A DNA stretch of 64,000 nucleotides, taken from positions 1,064,989 through 1,128,988 of the forward strand of contig MTMF02000009.1 of assembly GCA_002011125.2 (NCBI GenBank), read 5' to 3'. The DNA is from Candidatus Hydrothermarchaeum profundi. Its GTDB lineage: Archaea; Hydrothermarchaeota; Hydrothermarchaeia; Hydrothermarchaeales; Hydrothermarchaeaceae. Made by a program: the position numbers and the translations under genes. The notes below the pieces were generated by a model. It was not told the origin of the DNA, ran no database searches, and saw nothing but the letters and a program-made list of their open reading frames with translations. Positions 44,301 through 59,300 of this stretch are shown in pieces (within the stretch, counting starts at the first letter, position 1; each line of letters opens with the position of its first letter).

Positions 44301-47300
44301 CAGATATAGTTGAAGAGGGAAATGGCTGGTATAACTGCACTTGGAATTCCACAGGAGCAGAGAGCGGTAATTACAATATAACCATTATATCCTCAGCAAC
44401 TTACTACAATAATGGTAGTACCATTAAAGAAAATGCCTTCTTTATCCAAGCTGCACCGATACTTGAAAACGAAACAGTTGATCCCGAGACTAAATACTGG
44501 GGCAGCTACTTCACTTTTAATGTAACCCTAACAGATGATGATGACACCGTCACCGTAAGGCTCTGGCATAGAAGAAATGGTACTACTACGTGGTATAAGA
44601 TAAACGAAACAACCTGTGTTGACTGTGTTGGGGCAGTAATATCATTTACAAGATTATATTCTTCAACAGAGATCGACACATGGGAATGGAAGTTTAATGC
44701 TACTGATGGAGTTTCAGATGTTGAAACAACTACGAAGAATCTGACAGTTACTAAGCGGAATGTCACAATAACCCTCGTATATGGAGATGGCGGTGTAGTC
44801 TACCGTAATGGAACAGACTCGCTATCGCTCATACTTCAAGTAAAAGATGCAGTTGATGGCAGTGTTCTGCCAATTTCAGCTGGCGGTGGCGGATTCTATG
44901 TTACAACGGACTACAATAATTGGGGTACAAGGATAGATGCTCCAACTAATTCCTCTTATCTCACTACCCCGCCTGGAGAGTTTGACCCAGACTGCACTTA
45001 TCTGACAGGTAATCAAAAATGGAAAGGCGTTTATGATGGTACTAGTAAATATTATTCAAAGGAGACACAGAATTATACATTGAATATATATTCTTCTCTT
45101 TCCAATACAATTTTAGAGCCACTAAATAGCCAACCAGTTCAAAAAGGACAATCTCTCTTAATAAAGGGTTACGTGGAGGACGAGTGCGGGGGAGTTGAAG
45201 GAGCTAGTGTAACCTTCGATCCATACATAGGGTCTACCTCATATGCGGCTCTTTGCGCTTCTCCAGCTCCTGAAGAGGGAGGAGGCAATTATACTTGTAA
45301 TCTAGATACCTCTCTAATAGATGATGCAGATTTAGGATATTATAATATTACCATCACCTCATCAAAAGGAGCTCCATATAATTATACAACTGATGTAGAG
45401 ACAGAGGTCAACGCCTTCAAGCTAGGATTCAGACCTGAGCTTGTCAACTCTTCTGTATCCCCTTCTTCTGATGGCTGGGGTTCCAATTTCACTTTTTCTG
45501 TTAGATTTAGAGATAGAGAAGGAGACCAAGGAAATATTACACTTTGGATAGCATACAACGAATCAGGTCCATGGTATCCTATAGTTTCTAGAAGTGAAAC
45601 GAATTCTTTGTGGACTACGTTGACCGATATCGAAAGCTTCACTAAGGAAAACTTCACATCCGCATTAAATGGAGTAGTTTACTTCAAGTATAATGTTTCA
45701 GATTCCAATGGATTTACAAATGAGACTGGTGTTAAGAACTTCGCACTTGAAAGAGATAATGTGACGATTTCTTTCGTTGAAGGAAGTGGAAGCGTTAACA
45801 GACTGGGATCAAATACTATAACCTTAAAAGTTAGAGTAAACGACACAGATGCAGGTAATGTTCCAGTTGGGGCATCAGTAAAGGGCAGGATTTATACTGA
45901 TGTGGAGTACAACGATACTACAACAGATAATGATGGTTATCTATATTATATCCTAGATCCCAGCTGTGAGCCACTTTACTCTGCAGGACCGCATACCTGG
46001 GTAGGTGGAACATTTAACGATACTTATTATGATGATGAAAACTCCTCGCAATCCACCTTTAACGTAACAGGTCAGCTTTATAATAATCTATTAGAGCCCT
46101 TACTTGGAGCTAGCTTTAATGTTAATGACAATATTACCATCAGATTCTATGTTTCCACCGACTGCTCTGCTGAGGGGAACCAAACTATAGATAACGCTAC
46201 GATAGAATTAATCCATAATCAGTCAGGCTATACTTCAAGCTGTTCAGTGATTACTGAGGAAGCACCTGGGGTGTATAACTGCACTTGGGATACTTCAGGT
46301 AAACTTGAAGGAAATTGGAGCATAAGAATAAATTCCAGTAAGCAATACTTCAATAATGCGTCTACGCTGTGGGTAAATCATTTAATGCTTGATAACAATC
46401 CACCTAACGCGACATTAGCAAACCAGACGGTTGAAGTAGTACCTGCCCAAGGTCCATGGGGCATATCCTATGCCTATAGAGTAAATATAAGTGATCCTGA
46501 AGGAGATAATGTTTCCTGCATACTGTATGCAAACACGAACGGAACATGGGTTATGAGGGGCTCTGTAACCGTAGAGGGAGGAAGTGGTGTTTGTACTATC
46601 ATACTGCCTAACTCGACTTTCAATAAGGCTGACTACTACTATAACTATTCTGGTAATAATGTAAAATTCTACTTTGCTATAGATGATGGCCAATCCGGAG
46701 AGGCATTCAACACTACTATAGTATATTCACCATCTTTTGAGAAGGATGATGTGGTTGTAACATATGGAGGTCTTGGAAACGATACGTATCTTGTAAGAAA
46801 TAGTGATAATCAAATTTTGAGGCTCAGAATTAATGATACAGATGCAGGAATTCCAGCGAATAATGCGAATGGAACAATTTGGATTACTAATGTCTCGGGA
46901 ATATGGATACCAATAGGCTCTAACACTACGGATAATAATGGTTATTTATCAATTAACTTTACACCTGATTGTTCGTATTCAATAGGAAAACAAAATTGGA
47001 CAGGAGGGACTGATGGAGACCTCTACTATGTTAATAGAAATACCACAGATAATCTAGTCATTACTATTATGGGTGGACTATCAAGCAATGCTTGGTCTTT
47101 AAATGAATCACATTCGCTGGATAGTAATTTCACGAGAGGGGAGGAGAATATAACGATTAGGGCCAATATCACAGATGAGTGCAGTGCATTAGTTTCAAGT
47201 GCAAATGTGGAGTTCACACTTTCTCAGGGCAGCCAAAATTACACTTGTAATGTTGTAGAGGAAGCTTCCCAAGTGGGATACTATAATTGTACGATAAGCA

Positions 47301-50300
47301 CGAATGATACATGGTCAGCGGGGTGGTATAATCTTACCGTCACCTCATCGAAGTCAAATTATCAGATGGATAGTAATCTAATAGAAAACTTCCTTTTCAT
47401 AGAGACAAAACCAAAGCTGACAGAACCTAATGTAACAACCTCTAACGGGAGCAACGTTGGCGGTTATTCAGAAATATTCAACTTCACAGTAAAACTCACA
47501 GATGAAGATTTAGATGAGGTTACAGTATACTTCTGGTATAAAAAAGTTGGAGATAATTGGACTCTACTTGGAACTGAACAGGCATCGGGTATAGGGGTAG
47601 TTGTATATAAAACCTTAACTCAGAAACCCCTTGGAAATTATCTTGCTAAGTTTAATGCTACTGATCCACGGGGATATATCAATGAGACAGAAACTGTAAA
47701 CTTTACTATTGAGGGGGATGATGTAAACTTCATTGCTCTTGAAGGAAATGGTTCTTCAGTTGTTAGGACTAGCGGGAGTGTAAATCTCACAGTGAGGGTT
47801 ACAGATCTAGATACTGATCCAGAAAGCGTGGTTGACGCATTCACTCAGGGCAAAATATGGGTTACCACCGATGCAGAATTAAATATTTGGGACTCCGGTA
47901 TTTCAGCGCAGACTTACCCGGACTCTGATGGAGTACTGAGGACTCTCTCCGATGAGCAAATAACATTTTCACCTGACTGTAATTATAAAGTAGGAATCCA
48001 AAAGTGGAAGGCAGGATTAACGGATACCGGTGACAAGTACAAAGAGCAGAATTCAAGTGAATGGTTAGTAACTATAACATCTTCTCTCAACGCCAACATA
48101 ACTTATCCAATTAATAAGACGTTCCTAAGAGGAGACTCAATACTAGTTAACGGTACTGTGGGAGACGAGTGCACAACAAGTGTTGAGGGAGCTAATGTAA
48201 CCTTTAATCTAACACACATGAGTACTGGAGATAACCTAACATGTCAGGCACAAGACGATGGCGAGGGTAACTATTCATGTACAATTTCGACCACAGGGTT
48301 AAGCGATATATGGCTTGGTTATTACAGCATCACAATGATAGTGGAGAAACCTCACTACACGTCGGCCTATGATTTTGAAAATCGATCACTATTTTTGGCA
48401 TCCGCTCCGGTAATAGATTCTGCAACCCTTACTTTACCGAAAGGAAAAGTATCAGAAGCAAAATGGGGAGATGGAATATATCAATGGGATATAAACATCA
48501 TAGACAACGACCAAGACAATGTTACTGTAGAATTGTGGAAAAAAATAGGGTCTGGCAATTGGGTTAAAATAAACTCCACGGTTTCAGTATATCCAGCTAG
48601 AACGATTTCCTTTAAGCATTACCTAAATTGCAGTGATATCGGCACCAACTATTGGAAAGTGAATGTAACTGATATTTGGGGATATACTGCTACCACAGAT
48701 GGTACTGATAACTTCGGAGTTGACAAAGATGATACCACGGCAGTTCAAGTAACTCCTGACGGAGTAGAAGTTAATAGATCTGATACAGAGCCTGGTAATA
48801 CTTTGATAATTACTTATCGCATTTGGGATTCATCTAAAGGTGACTACGCTGAGGGAGCAAATGGATTCTTTAATATAACTTATGACGGGGTAAATCAGAC
48901 TCCCAACCGGTATAATACTAGCGACTCAAACGGTTATGTCCGATTTTACTTTAATCCTGAAAATAACTTCTCAGTAGGTCCTCAAACGTGGAGAGGAGGC
49001 GTAATAAATGATGGTTGCTATTATGACTCGAATGTATTAGAGAGAACCCTTTACATAAACGGTACTTTAACCCTAAACTTAACTCAACCGGCAAATGGCT
49101 CTGTCTTCGCAGTTAATGATAATATTACTATAAGATTAAATATCTCTTCGGACGGTAGTGAAGTTCCTTCCGATGCCGTAGTTACTATTCAGTTGATAGA
49201 CAAGAACAATAACGTAGAATCATGTACGCCTGTGTTAAATGAGGGAGGTGAAAACGCAAGCTGGTTTAACTGTACATGGGATACGACTGCTCATGTTGGT
49301 GGAGCATGGGATATACTGGTAAATGCTTCTAAATCTTATTTCAATTTTAATTCAACGTTATTTATTGACTGGTTTAATTTGACTAATACTCCGCCCAGCA
49401 CGGCTAATATAAATGTAACTCCGAGTATAGGAGGCTGGGGGAGGAACTTTACTTTCACAATTGACGTAGATGATACCCAGAACGACGATGTAACATGTAC
49501 GCTTTATACAAACACTACCGGAGTGTGGATTGAGAGGGGAAATGACACGGTGTATGGTGGGCATGGAACCTGTACAGTTACCGTTTCTCCTTTCTTGGGT
49601 AATGGTTTTAATTATTCTGATGTAGGAAATGATAACTATTTCAAGTTCAGAGTGGATGATAAAACGGAAGGTAATGTATTTGAAGTAAATTCTTCTGGAC
49701 CAATAATAGAAAAAGATACTATACAGCTAATTTATATACAGGGCGATAATTCCGAAGTAAACCGCTCTAACTCACAGACAACAACATTTGTATTATTCGT
49801 AAATGACACTGATAAAGGCATTGGAGTGCAAGACCCGAACGTTTCTGTAAAATTTAATGTTACAACAGACGGGAGTAGTTATAATTTTGACGGTGAGAAC
49901 TATACTAATTCCTCTGGCTATGTGATTTACTACTTTGACCCTGGTGATATTTACAATATAGGGATACAAAACTGGACTGCATATGTTGTCAATGATTTAG
50001 CTTATAAGAACGCAGTTTTGGGGGTATATACTACTACCATTCTCGGGGATCTTAATTACCAGATTGAGGAGCCGCAAGGATCTAGGATATTGAGAGGTAA
50101 CAATGTCACAATAAGGCTAAATATAACAGATGACCGTAGTACACCGCAGTTAGTTCCTAATGCTGCAGTAAAGATAATTTTGACTTCAAACTTGACCGGG
50201 CAGAGCTTTGTTTGTAATGTTAATAATGAAACCGGAGCAAATGCTGGGTACTATAACTGTACATTTGAGACAAATAGTACGGTTCCAGCAGGAGCTTATA

Positions 50301-53300
50301 ATATCACGGTTGAGGCCTCTAAGAGTTATTATAATAATATTAGTGAAGATGTTCCTTACATCGCAGGCGTAAGTTCATTTTTCCTTGAAACTAAACCGCA
50401 TATCGAAAACCCGGTATTGATCACCACTACAGCAAATGGTTCATTAGGAGACGGAGGTTGGGGAGAGGATTACAACTTCAGCGTTTATGTATATGACTAT
50501 GATATGGATACTTTAACGGTAAAACTATGGATTAACCTCAGCACTGGATGGACACAAAAAGGTACAACATTAGTTGATGGTAATGGAACGGTTTCATTCA
50601 TTTTCAACGACGTTGACACTATAAACAAGGATGAAGTAGGTGATAGAAGCTTTTACTTCTGGGTCAGTGACTCGATATATAACAATCAAACTGATTACCA
50701 GAACTTTACAGTAGGAAAGGACGATGTATCATTTACCTTGATATCTGGAAACTCCACTTTCAACAGGTCAACTCCTGGAGATTACTTCTTGAATGTGAGC
50801 ATTTATGACTCTGACTTAGGAGTTAAAATGGAAAGTGGCATAACTACTAATTTTTGGTACACCAAAGATGGAAGTACATTTGTTAGAAGCCCCAATGAGT
50901 TTACCGACTCTAATGGTGAAGCAAAAACAAAAATTACTATAAGTTGCGGCGGAGGATTCTCCGTTGGTCCACAATACTGGTTTAATGAGTTTTCAGGAGG
51001 AGCTTATTATAAGCACGTTAACTCCACGATTTATACCTATACTGTTGTGACAGAGCCTTTGACAGCCGTTATAGAGACACCTAACAATGAGGAGCCGCAT
51101 CTTAGAGGAGCTTCTGATCCTATAAACATAAGTGTAAAAGTCACTGATGATTGTGGAGGGGTTGAGAATGCTTCACTAGTAATTAATATCCTCGGACCCA
51201 GTATTAAAGAATGCACGAATATAGTTAATATAAGTGGAGGGTATTATAATTGCACTGTATCTGATACTAGTACATATTCTTATGGAATTTATAATGTTAC
51301 ATCAAATGTCACTAAAGCATTTTATAACGGAACATATGTTATAAGTGAGAGTGCTTTTGCTATAGCTTCTGCTCCAGGTTTGCCTACTATCTGGGCGGAT
51401 ACTCCTCAAACACCTTACTACACCGATAATAGTTGGGGAGAAACATGGAGATTCTACGCTAGAGTGGAAGATGCCGATGGCGGTGATGTGAACGTTACTC
51501 TATGGAGCAATAAATCTGGTGCGTGGGAGCTAGTGAACTCTACTATGTGTTATTCCTGCTATGGTGGCGATATCTACTTCTATGAAAATAATCTCTTTAC
51601 AGGCGACGATATAGGAAAACAATACTTCAAATTCAATGTAACAGATCAATATAATTATACTACGGAGTCTCTAGATAATGTAACCGTAAATCCGGATGAT
51701 TTAGAAATTAACATAATCTCTGGCTTTTCTGAAACTGTAAATAGAGAAGGGAATGATACTGCACTCTTTGTAATCAGAATTAAGGATAAAGATAGAACTA
51801 AGGCATTAGGCATCGATGTTTATCTAGGAGAAGGGAGGAGTGGAATGTTCTGGGTGACAACGTCTGGAATAGAAAACGGGCCGGTTGATTCAGGAACATC
51901 GAATACTACTGAGTCTAATGGTTATTTGCGGTTAAACTTTGATCCAGATTCAAATATCCATGGAGTAGGGCTACAATACTGGGATGGAGGTATAATTGGA
52001 GATCCATGGTATACAAGTAGAAACTTATCACAAGATAAGGGCCAGAAATATGAGGTTACCATAATCGGGCAACTTAAAAATAACATAACTAATCCTACTT
52101 ATGGTACTAATATTACTGTTGGAAGTTTAGTTGATATTAATGTGAGTATTTTCACGGATAATTCCACTCAGGATTATCAAGAGAATACTAGTGTTGTGAT
52201 AAAAGTAAAATCATCAACTGGAAGCTGGATTAATTGTGAACCAGTAATTAGCGAAGGTGATGGGAAATACACTTGCACGTGGGATACAACCGGATTAGAA
52301 GGTGGCAATTGGAGTATCCTGGTTAATTCATCTAAACAATATTATAATGATAATGCTACGATATTCTGGAATTGGACGTATCTCAAGAACACTCCTCCAA
52401 ATGCAACAGGTCTGAAGGTTAGTCCGAGTACAGGTGGCTGGGGCGAGAATTTCACGTTTTCAGTGAATGTTACTGACGCTCAAAATGATACAGTAACCTG
52501 TACACTCTATACCTCTAATGATAATGGAGCTACATGGATTTTACGAGGTAATGACACCGTTATAGACACGTATCCCGGGCCAGCTATATGCTCAGTGCAA
52601 GTCTCACCATATTTTGGAAATGGATTTAACAGCTCGGATATAGGGAAGAATCATACCTACAAGTTTGAGATAAAGGATACAACTATTGGGAACGAGTTTA
52701 ATGTATCACCAGTTTCAGGTCCTCAGATAGAGCCAGACGATGTTACGATAGTCTACGTATGGAATAGTAGCGACATAGTGAATAGAGATACAGGAAATAT
52801 CGACTTTATTTTGAAGGTTTATGACAATGACCTTAAAAACTATGCTGAAGGAGCTAATATCACTATTTGGATAACTACAGATGGAAGTAATTATAGTGGT
52901 AACTCAAGTTTAACTAACAGTTCTGGAGATATACTTATCAGTTTTGATCCAAGCTGTGATTATACCGCAGGAGTACAATACTGGTTTGGCAATATAACGG
53001 ATTGGAGATTTAAATCTGCTAATACTTCTATTTATCTCTTAACTATAATCGGGAGCCTTGATAATCCATTTACACAACTTACTACACCTAATGTTGGATC
53101 AGAATTTTTGAGAGGAGAAAATATATCCTTCTCCGGTAGCGTTTATGATGACTGCTCTAATATTGTTAATGACGCAAATGTATCCTTCATATCTACTCAC
53201 ACTTCTTCTGGCAATGAATATCTATGCCAAGCCACCTACAACAATACGGACCAAGTATACAAGTGTACAAGAAATACTTCGGGAATGGAAGCTAGGTATT

Positions 53301-56300
53301 ATAATGTCACAATGAACATATCTAAGGCATACTACGATGACTACGCTATAACTTATGAAAACAGGTTTTACATAATAACTGAACCCGAATTTTCAGGTAT
53401 CTCTGTGAATCCAACCCAAGGAGGTTGGGGCGAAGTATTCTCCTTTACAGTTAATATAACTGATGACGACCTTGATAATGTAACATTATGGTTATATGCC
53501 CGGAGATACGGTACAGCTGAATGGAATAATCTAAACTCCACAAGCATTGTTGGAGCATTGAACGAGACAGTAACTTTGACAGCGAGTCGCTTTGATTCAG
53601 TTACATATAATGCGTGGCAAGGACCTGATAATGAAACTTGGGAGTTTGTATTTAGAGCAAGGGATAATAGCTCTAGGAACAATGATCTTTACAGTTCTAC
53701 AGTAAACTTCACAATAGAACAGGATGATGTAAGGTTTGAGATAGTCTCAGGCGACGGAGAATCGATATGGAGAAATGGTACGGATACTGAAAGACTTGTG
53801 GTAAGAGCAATAGATGCTGACACTAATCAACCATTACCGGCGAGTATGAGCATAAATTTCAGTATAACAGTAAATGGAACTGACTTTGAAACTTCATTCA
53901 AAAACATAACCAACAGCTCGGGATATGCGGTATACGAGTTTAGTCCAACCTGCAGTTATACAACAGGAATACAATATTGGAAAGTAACCTCAGATAATAA
54001 CCAGTATTACAAAAATAGTGAATCGGACAATTATACAATCATACTTTATGGAAATCTATCTTCTACAATAGAACTTCCAGATATATCTGTTCCAGGATAT
54101 AAGGCATATGCTTATCTTAGAGGTACTGATGTACCGATCTCAGGTTTATTAGAGGATGACTGTGGGAATCCTGTTGAAAATGCAACTGTAACATACACCA
54201 TAGAAAAAGGAAATCCCGTAAAAATTGCTCCAGGCGCTTCTGTCGGACTAGGTTACTATAACTATACATGGACAGAGTCAGGAGGCAAACCCTATGGCTA
54301 CTACAATATTACTATGAGTTCTAGCAAAGACTATTACGCTAGCAATACCACAAAGAAAGAAAACGCCTTCTATTTGGCGGATGATCCGTATCTCGGAACC
54401 CCTGCGCTTACAGTAGAGGATGATTATGGATGGGGTGAGGACTTCACATTTTCAGTACCTCTTGAGGATTGGGATGGCGACATTGTTAATGTAACTCTAC
54501 TAAAGAAAAAAGAAGGAGAAAATTGGACGGTAATTGATTCTAAGAATGCTACTACTTCTACGGTGCAATTCATCGAGAGCTTTACTCCAGACGACATGGG
54601 ACTAAACTATTACAAGATAAATGCCACCGATCCATGGGGCTTTTCTACAGAAAGCACCATTAAGAATTTCACGATAATCGAAGATGATATAGCGGTGTAC
54701 ATAAATGAGGGCGGAGGCAAAGACGTAAATAGAAAGACAGGTTCACAGCTCCTAGAGGGCTGGTTTAAGGATATAGATACGGGGCAAGGGGTTCCAGATG
54801 GAGTTGAAGGTAAAATTTGGGTAACCCTTGATGGATCAACTTATACTTTAGAATTTACTTGTAATACAACAACAAAGAATTCTATACCTGGTTACTGTGG
54901 AGTTTACTATACTCCGCCATGCAGCTCTGAGGTGGGTACGCAGTATTGGAAAGTAGGTGTAACTGACAGCAGATACAAATCTGTTAATGCTAGTGATAGC
55001 ATCACAGTGAAAGGACAATTAAACACAACGGTAGTAAGCCCAGATGACGGAATAATCCTAAATCGTGGAACTACAGAAGTCTTACTTAATGCGACAGTAT
55101 GGGATGAATGTGGAAATGAAAAAACTTATGAACAAAATCTTGAGGTAAGATGGTATAATAGTACATCAACAGTAAGTTCTAATTTACTGGTAACAGGCAA
55201 TAATGTGACTTGGCAGGTTCCCGATAATTATGAGTTAGGCCCAGAGACTATATACGCAGATGCAGGTAATCTACCGAACTATAATAACGCCAATACAAAC
55301 TGTGAAGCGTATTGCGGTAATGTATCGGTTGATATTTATGGCTGGAGTCAATTATACTCTATTGCCCCTGTTAATGGTACTATACTACAAGCATGGGAAG
55401 GCAGAGAAGATATCCGGTGTGTTGTGAAAGATCCTGATTTAGAGTGGCCAGGTTGGATCGTAGGTTACCCCGTAGAGTTCTTTAAAGATGGAATTTCCGT
55501 ATGGAATGATACAACAGATGATAATGGGGAAGCTATTTGGGGAAGACTAATCGCATCTGAAGGCTGGTACTTGGCGGAGGAGAGCTATGGTTGGCATAAT
55601 ATAACGTGCAGAATAAAAGACAACGCATCTAAATTTTATAATGTTTCAGTATCTGAGATAAGCTCATTAATATTTGTGAATAGAACCTTAGTTCTTGATG
55701 ATTTTTCTGCAAATCCTGCAACAATATATAGAAACGATTCATTTTCGCCTAATGAAAGCGTGATTTCAGTTACTTTAATTGATTCTGATGCAACTATTGG
55801 TGGAGAAGAGAATGCGACTGTATTCTTCTATAATCACACTATGGACTATATTGGCGAGTGCAAAACTGATAGTAGTGGGACTTGCTCAATCATATTTAAT
55901 CCCTCAGATACGATAGCTCCAGGTATATATGATATATATATGAATGCTACTTCTTCTGATCCTAAGGTTGCTAATTTAAGCATCAGTAAGATTTCTTTAA
56001 CTGTGCTCGGCAAGTTAAATGTTAATATAACATCGCCAGAGCCTAGAACATACACTAAATATAGCAGCATACCTCTAACTGCAATAATTACTTCAGAAAA
56101 TGGAGATCAAATAACAGATGCTTATGTCGCCTGGTATAACTCAAGTGGGGATATAATTGCAGTAGGTAATGGAAGTGAGACGTGGAGTACCGGGAGTTTA
56201 GCGGTTCAAAAAACAGGGGAGCAGGTTATAACAGCAAATGCAAGCAAGGACTATTACGATAGCAATTCTGGGGTTGTGACTATAGTGATTGGCGGAGAGG

Positions 56301-59300
56301 CTAAGGTTGAGTATCTTGCTCCGAAATCAGATACAAATTATCCAGATCCTATTAGCATATCATGTCTAGTAAAAGACGTCACCTATGATACTGGAATTGA
56401 AAACTATACCGTTGACTTTTGGAAATCTTATTCTGGAGAAGAGTACACTTATCTGAGTACAGAGAAGACTAATTCTTCGGGCATAGCGAACTATACCTGG
56501 GTGCCTCCTAAAAAGGGCACAGTCACTTTCAGATGTAATATAACAAGTGAGAGCAACTATACAGTGAATTCCACTAGGGGAGATAATGTATCCTCCTTTA
56601 CTATCACAATTAGGGATATAAAGCCGCCTACAATTTCTAGTGTAGTCATTTATCCCAATCAGAGCTTCGAGGCCTATACGACTGTCAATATTTCAGCAAA
56701 TATCACCGACGATTCAGGTATTGAAAACGCATGGGTACGAATTATTACGCCGAATGAGTCTGTTGTCATAATAGATATGCAAAATGTTTCTTCGATTTAT
56801 TCAGCTCAATATGACCCTCCAGTTGATGGCAGATATAAAGTTGAAATACACGCTGTAGACTTACCGCCTGACAGCAACGAGAATATGGTTTACAGCTATA
56901 TCTACGTATGGGGTAAAGCAAATGCTACGTTAAATAATACACCAATAAGTGTAAATCTATGGAATGTATTCTACAATAAAGGAGAAACATTTGAACTTTC
57001 ATTGAATTTCACAAATTATGGTAATGGCACAGCTTATGCCGTGAATATCACCTATAATGACACAGATCCTGAAGTCGATTTAGAATTCATTCCAGATTCT
57101 TGGGAGTGTGGAAATGTAAACAAGAGCGAAAGCTGTGCTATTAATGTAAATGTTACAATACCCTCTGCGACTACCCAGAGAACTATCATAGTACAAGCAA
57201 ATGCTACTTGGAGGAATCCAGACAGAACCATTAATATCTCGACCGTGACAACTGCAGCGGTTGTTAAAGATAATAGAGTAATAGAATTTGCTGTAATACC
57301 TGATATGCCCTTTATAACTCCCCACGGGACAATTAGCTCAACAAGTATTGTGCTCCTCTCGTCGGGCAATGCTAATGTAGGTAAAACCAATGTCAGTGCT
57401 AGAGACGGAGATGAAATTAATAAACTACATGATTACTGTCCAGATTGTAAAGTTAGAATTGAAAATGAGAAAATCTATTATATCAGCAGCCTGCCATGGG
57501 GGACAAACAAAACAATGCTCCTCACAGTTGAAGTTCCCACCTATCAGCCTCCTGGAACTTATATTACTCACGTCTGGGCAGAACCTGAAAACGCGGCTAG
57601 TATACAGTTCCCATTAACGATAGAGATTCCGGGAAATGCCTCTTGGCAAGTTTCACCCAATGATCTCGGTAATACTACCTCCTTCGTTCCTCTTCCAGGG
57701 CAGTATACCGAGGGTAAGATAGGAGACATAGTTATTACCAATATCGGAAATGTCAGAATCGATTACTCAGCTTCTACTCCAAGCATATCTGATATGAACG
57801 GTACTACGATACAGGCCATATTCACAGATACTGGTACCTCTGAGAACTATGCATATCCCGGAAATTCTATAGTACTGGAAGTAAACTACTCTATCCCATA
57901 TACTGCTGAAATGGGCACATACTGCGATAATATAAGAATAGATGTAACTAACGCTGAGTCAGTACCGCCAGAAGAAGCTGAACCCACATGGATATATATC
58001 CCCTTCTGCTTGGAGGTTACGGAGCCCAAGACTTACTGGAATCACACTCCAGAAGTAATTTCAGCGGAAGTTCTCCATGGTACAAGCGGTTATTTAGCTA
58101 ACGTAACCATAGTCAATACTGGTAATACGCCAGCGATTATCCATGTTTCTACTAATGGCTCAATATCCACTAATATCACTAATATTAGCTTAGAGGTGGG
58201 GGAATCTATATCGGTGCCTCTAAACTACTCAGTAAATTATACTACTCAGCGGATATACGATATCTCCTACCTCATAACGGATAATGAAACAGTTAATATT
58301 ACACGGTATACGATAGTAAATCTAACAGTCCACCCATATTCATTTGAGATTACTTATCCTACAGAAGCGGATAGAGCCGTAAATAAAGTAGCAGGAGAAA
58401 TATTAACAATACTCGTGAACGCTACATATGGAATGCCTATATCTTCAGGAATGAAGTTTACTGTTGAAATATCAAATGAGACGGAAACTATAATTTTCAA
58501 TGATTCCGAAGTCAATTCCAGTTATGATCCAGATACAGGGTTATGGGCCATTAATGTAACAATTCCAGAACTTGGAGATCCAAGTGCACCTGAGAGAGTG
58601 GCGAGCATAAATGTTTCAGCCAACTATACGGATATTGGATTTGTCCTATCAGATTACGAGCAAAACGCGTTAGTTTATAAAGACACAGTTAAGCCTATTT
58701 TATTCGTTTCGGTTACCCCTTGGTTTGGCTTAATAAATGACACAATAAACCTCTCTGTAATGGCTACAGATGCCGGAGGCATTAATAAGATCTCTGGAAA
58801 TGTGACTATTGAAAATGAAACCTATGATCTAAATTTGACATATACCGGTAATTATGAAAACACATATACATACGAAGGGAACTTCAATAATACCCGCCGA
58901 TCCGGCATATATCATGTGAGCATAGTAGCGTGGGATACTTCAAATAACTCGGAAATAATTGAAACAGATTTCGGTATATATTCCCCAATAAGTATAGGAG
59001 GGGTGGTAGAGGGGGCTAATGACACTATTGTAAATGCTAATTTCACTCTCTATGAAGCAGGTTATTACGGAGATTCTAGCAGAATATTATATAATATTAG
59101 TTCAAATGAGTCAGGTTATAACGAGACGATTGCAAACACGACGTATGATGTTGGCATAAGGGTTTATAAGCATGAAGTAATTTTCAAGGGAATAACTGCA
59201 GATATACTTTCAAGAGCGATTAAGGTTGACCGTATCTCCGAGAATATCTCGATTTCTAATCCACCTGCAATAGGGTATGCTGGCCTGGCGATTGAGGCTG

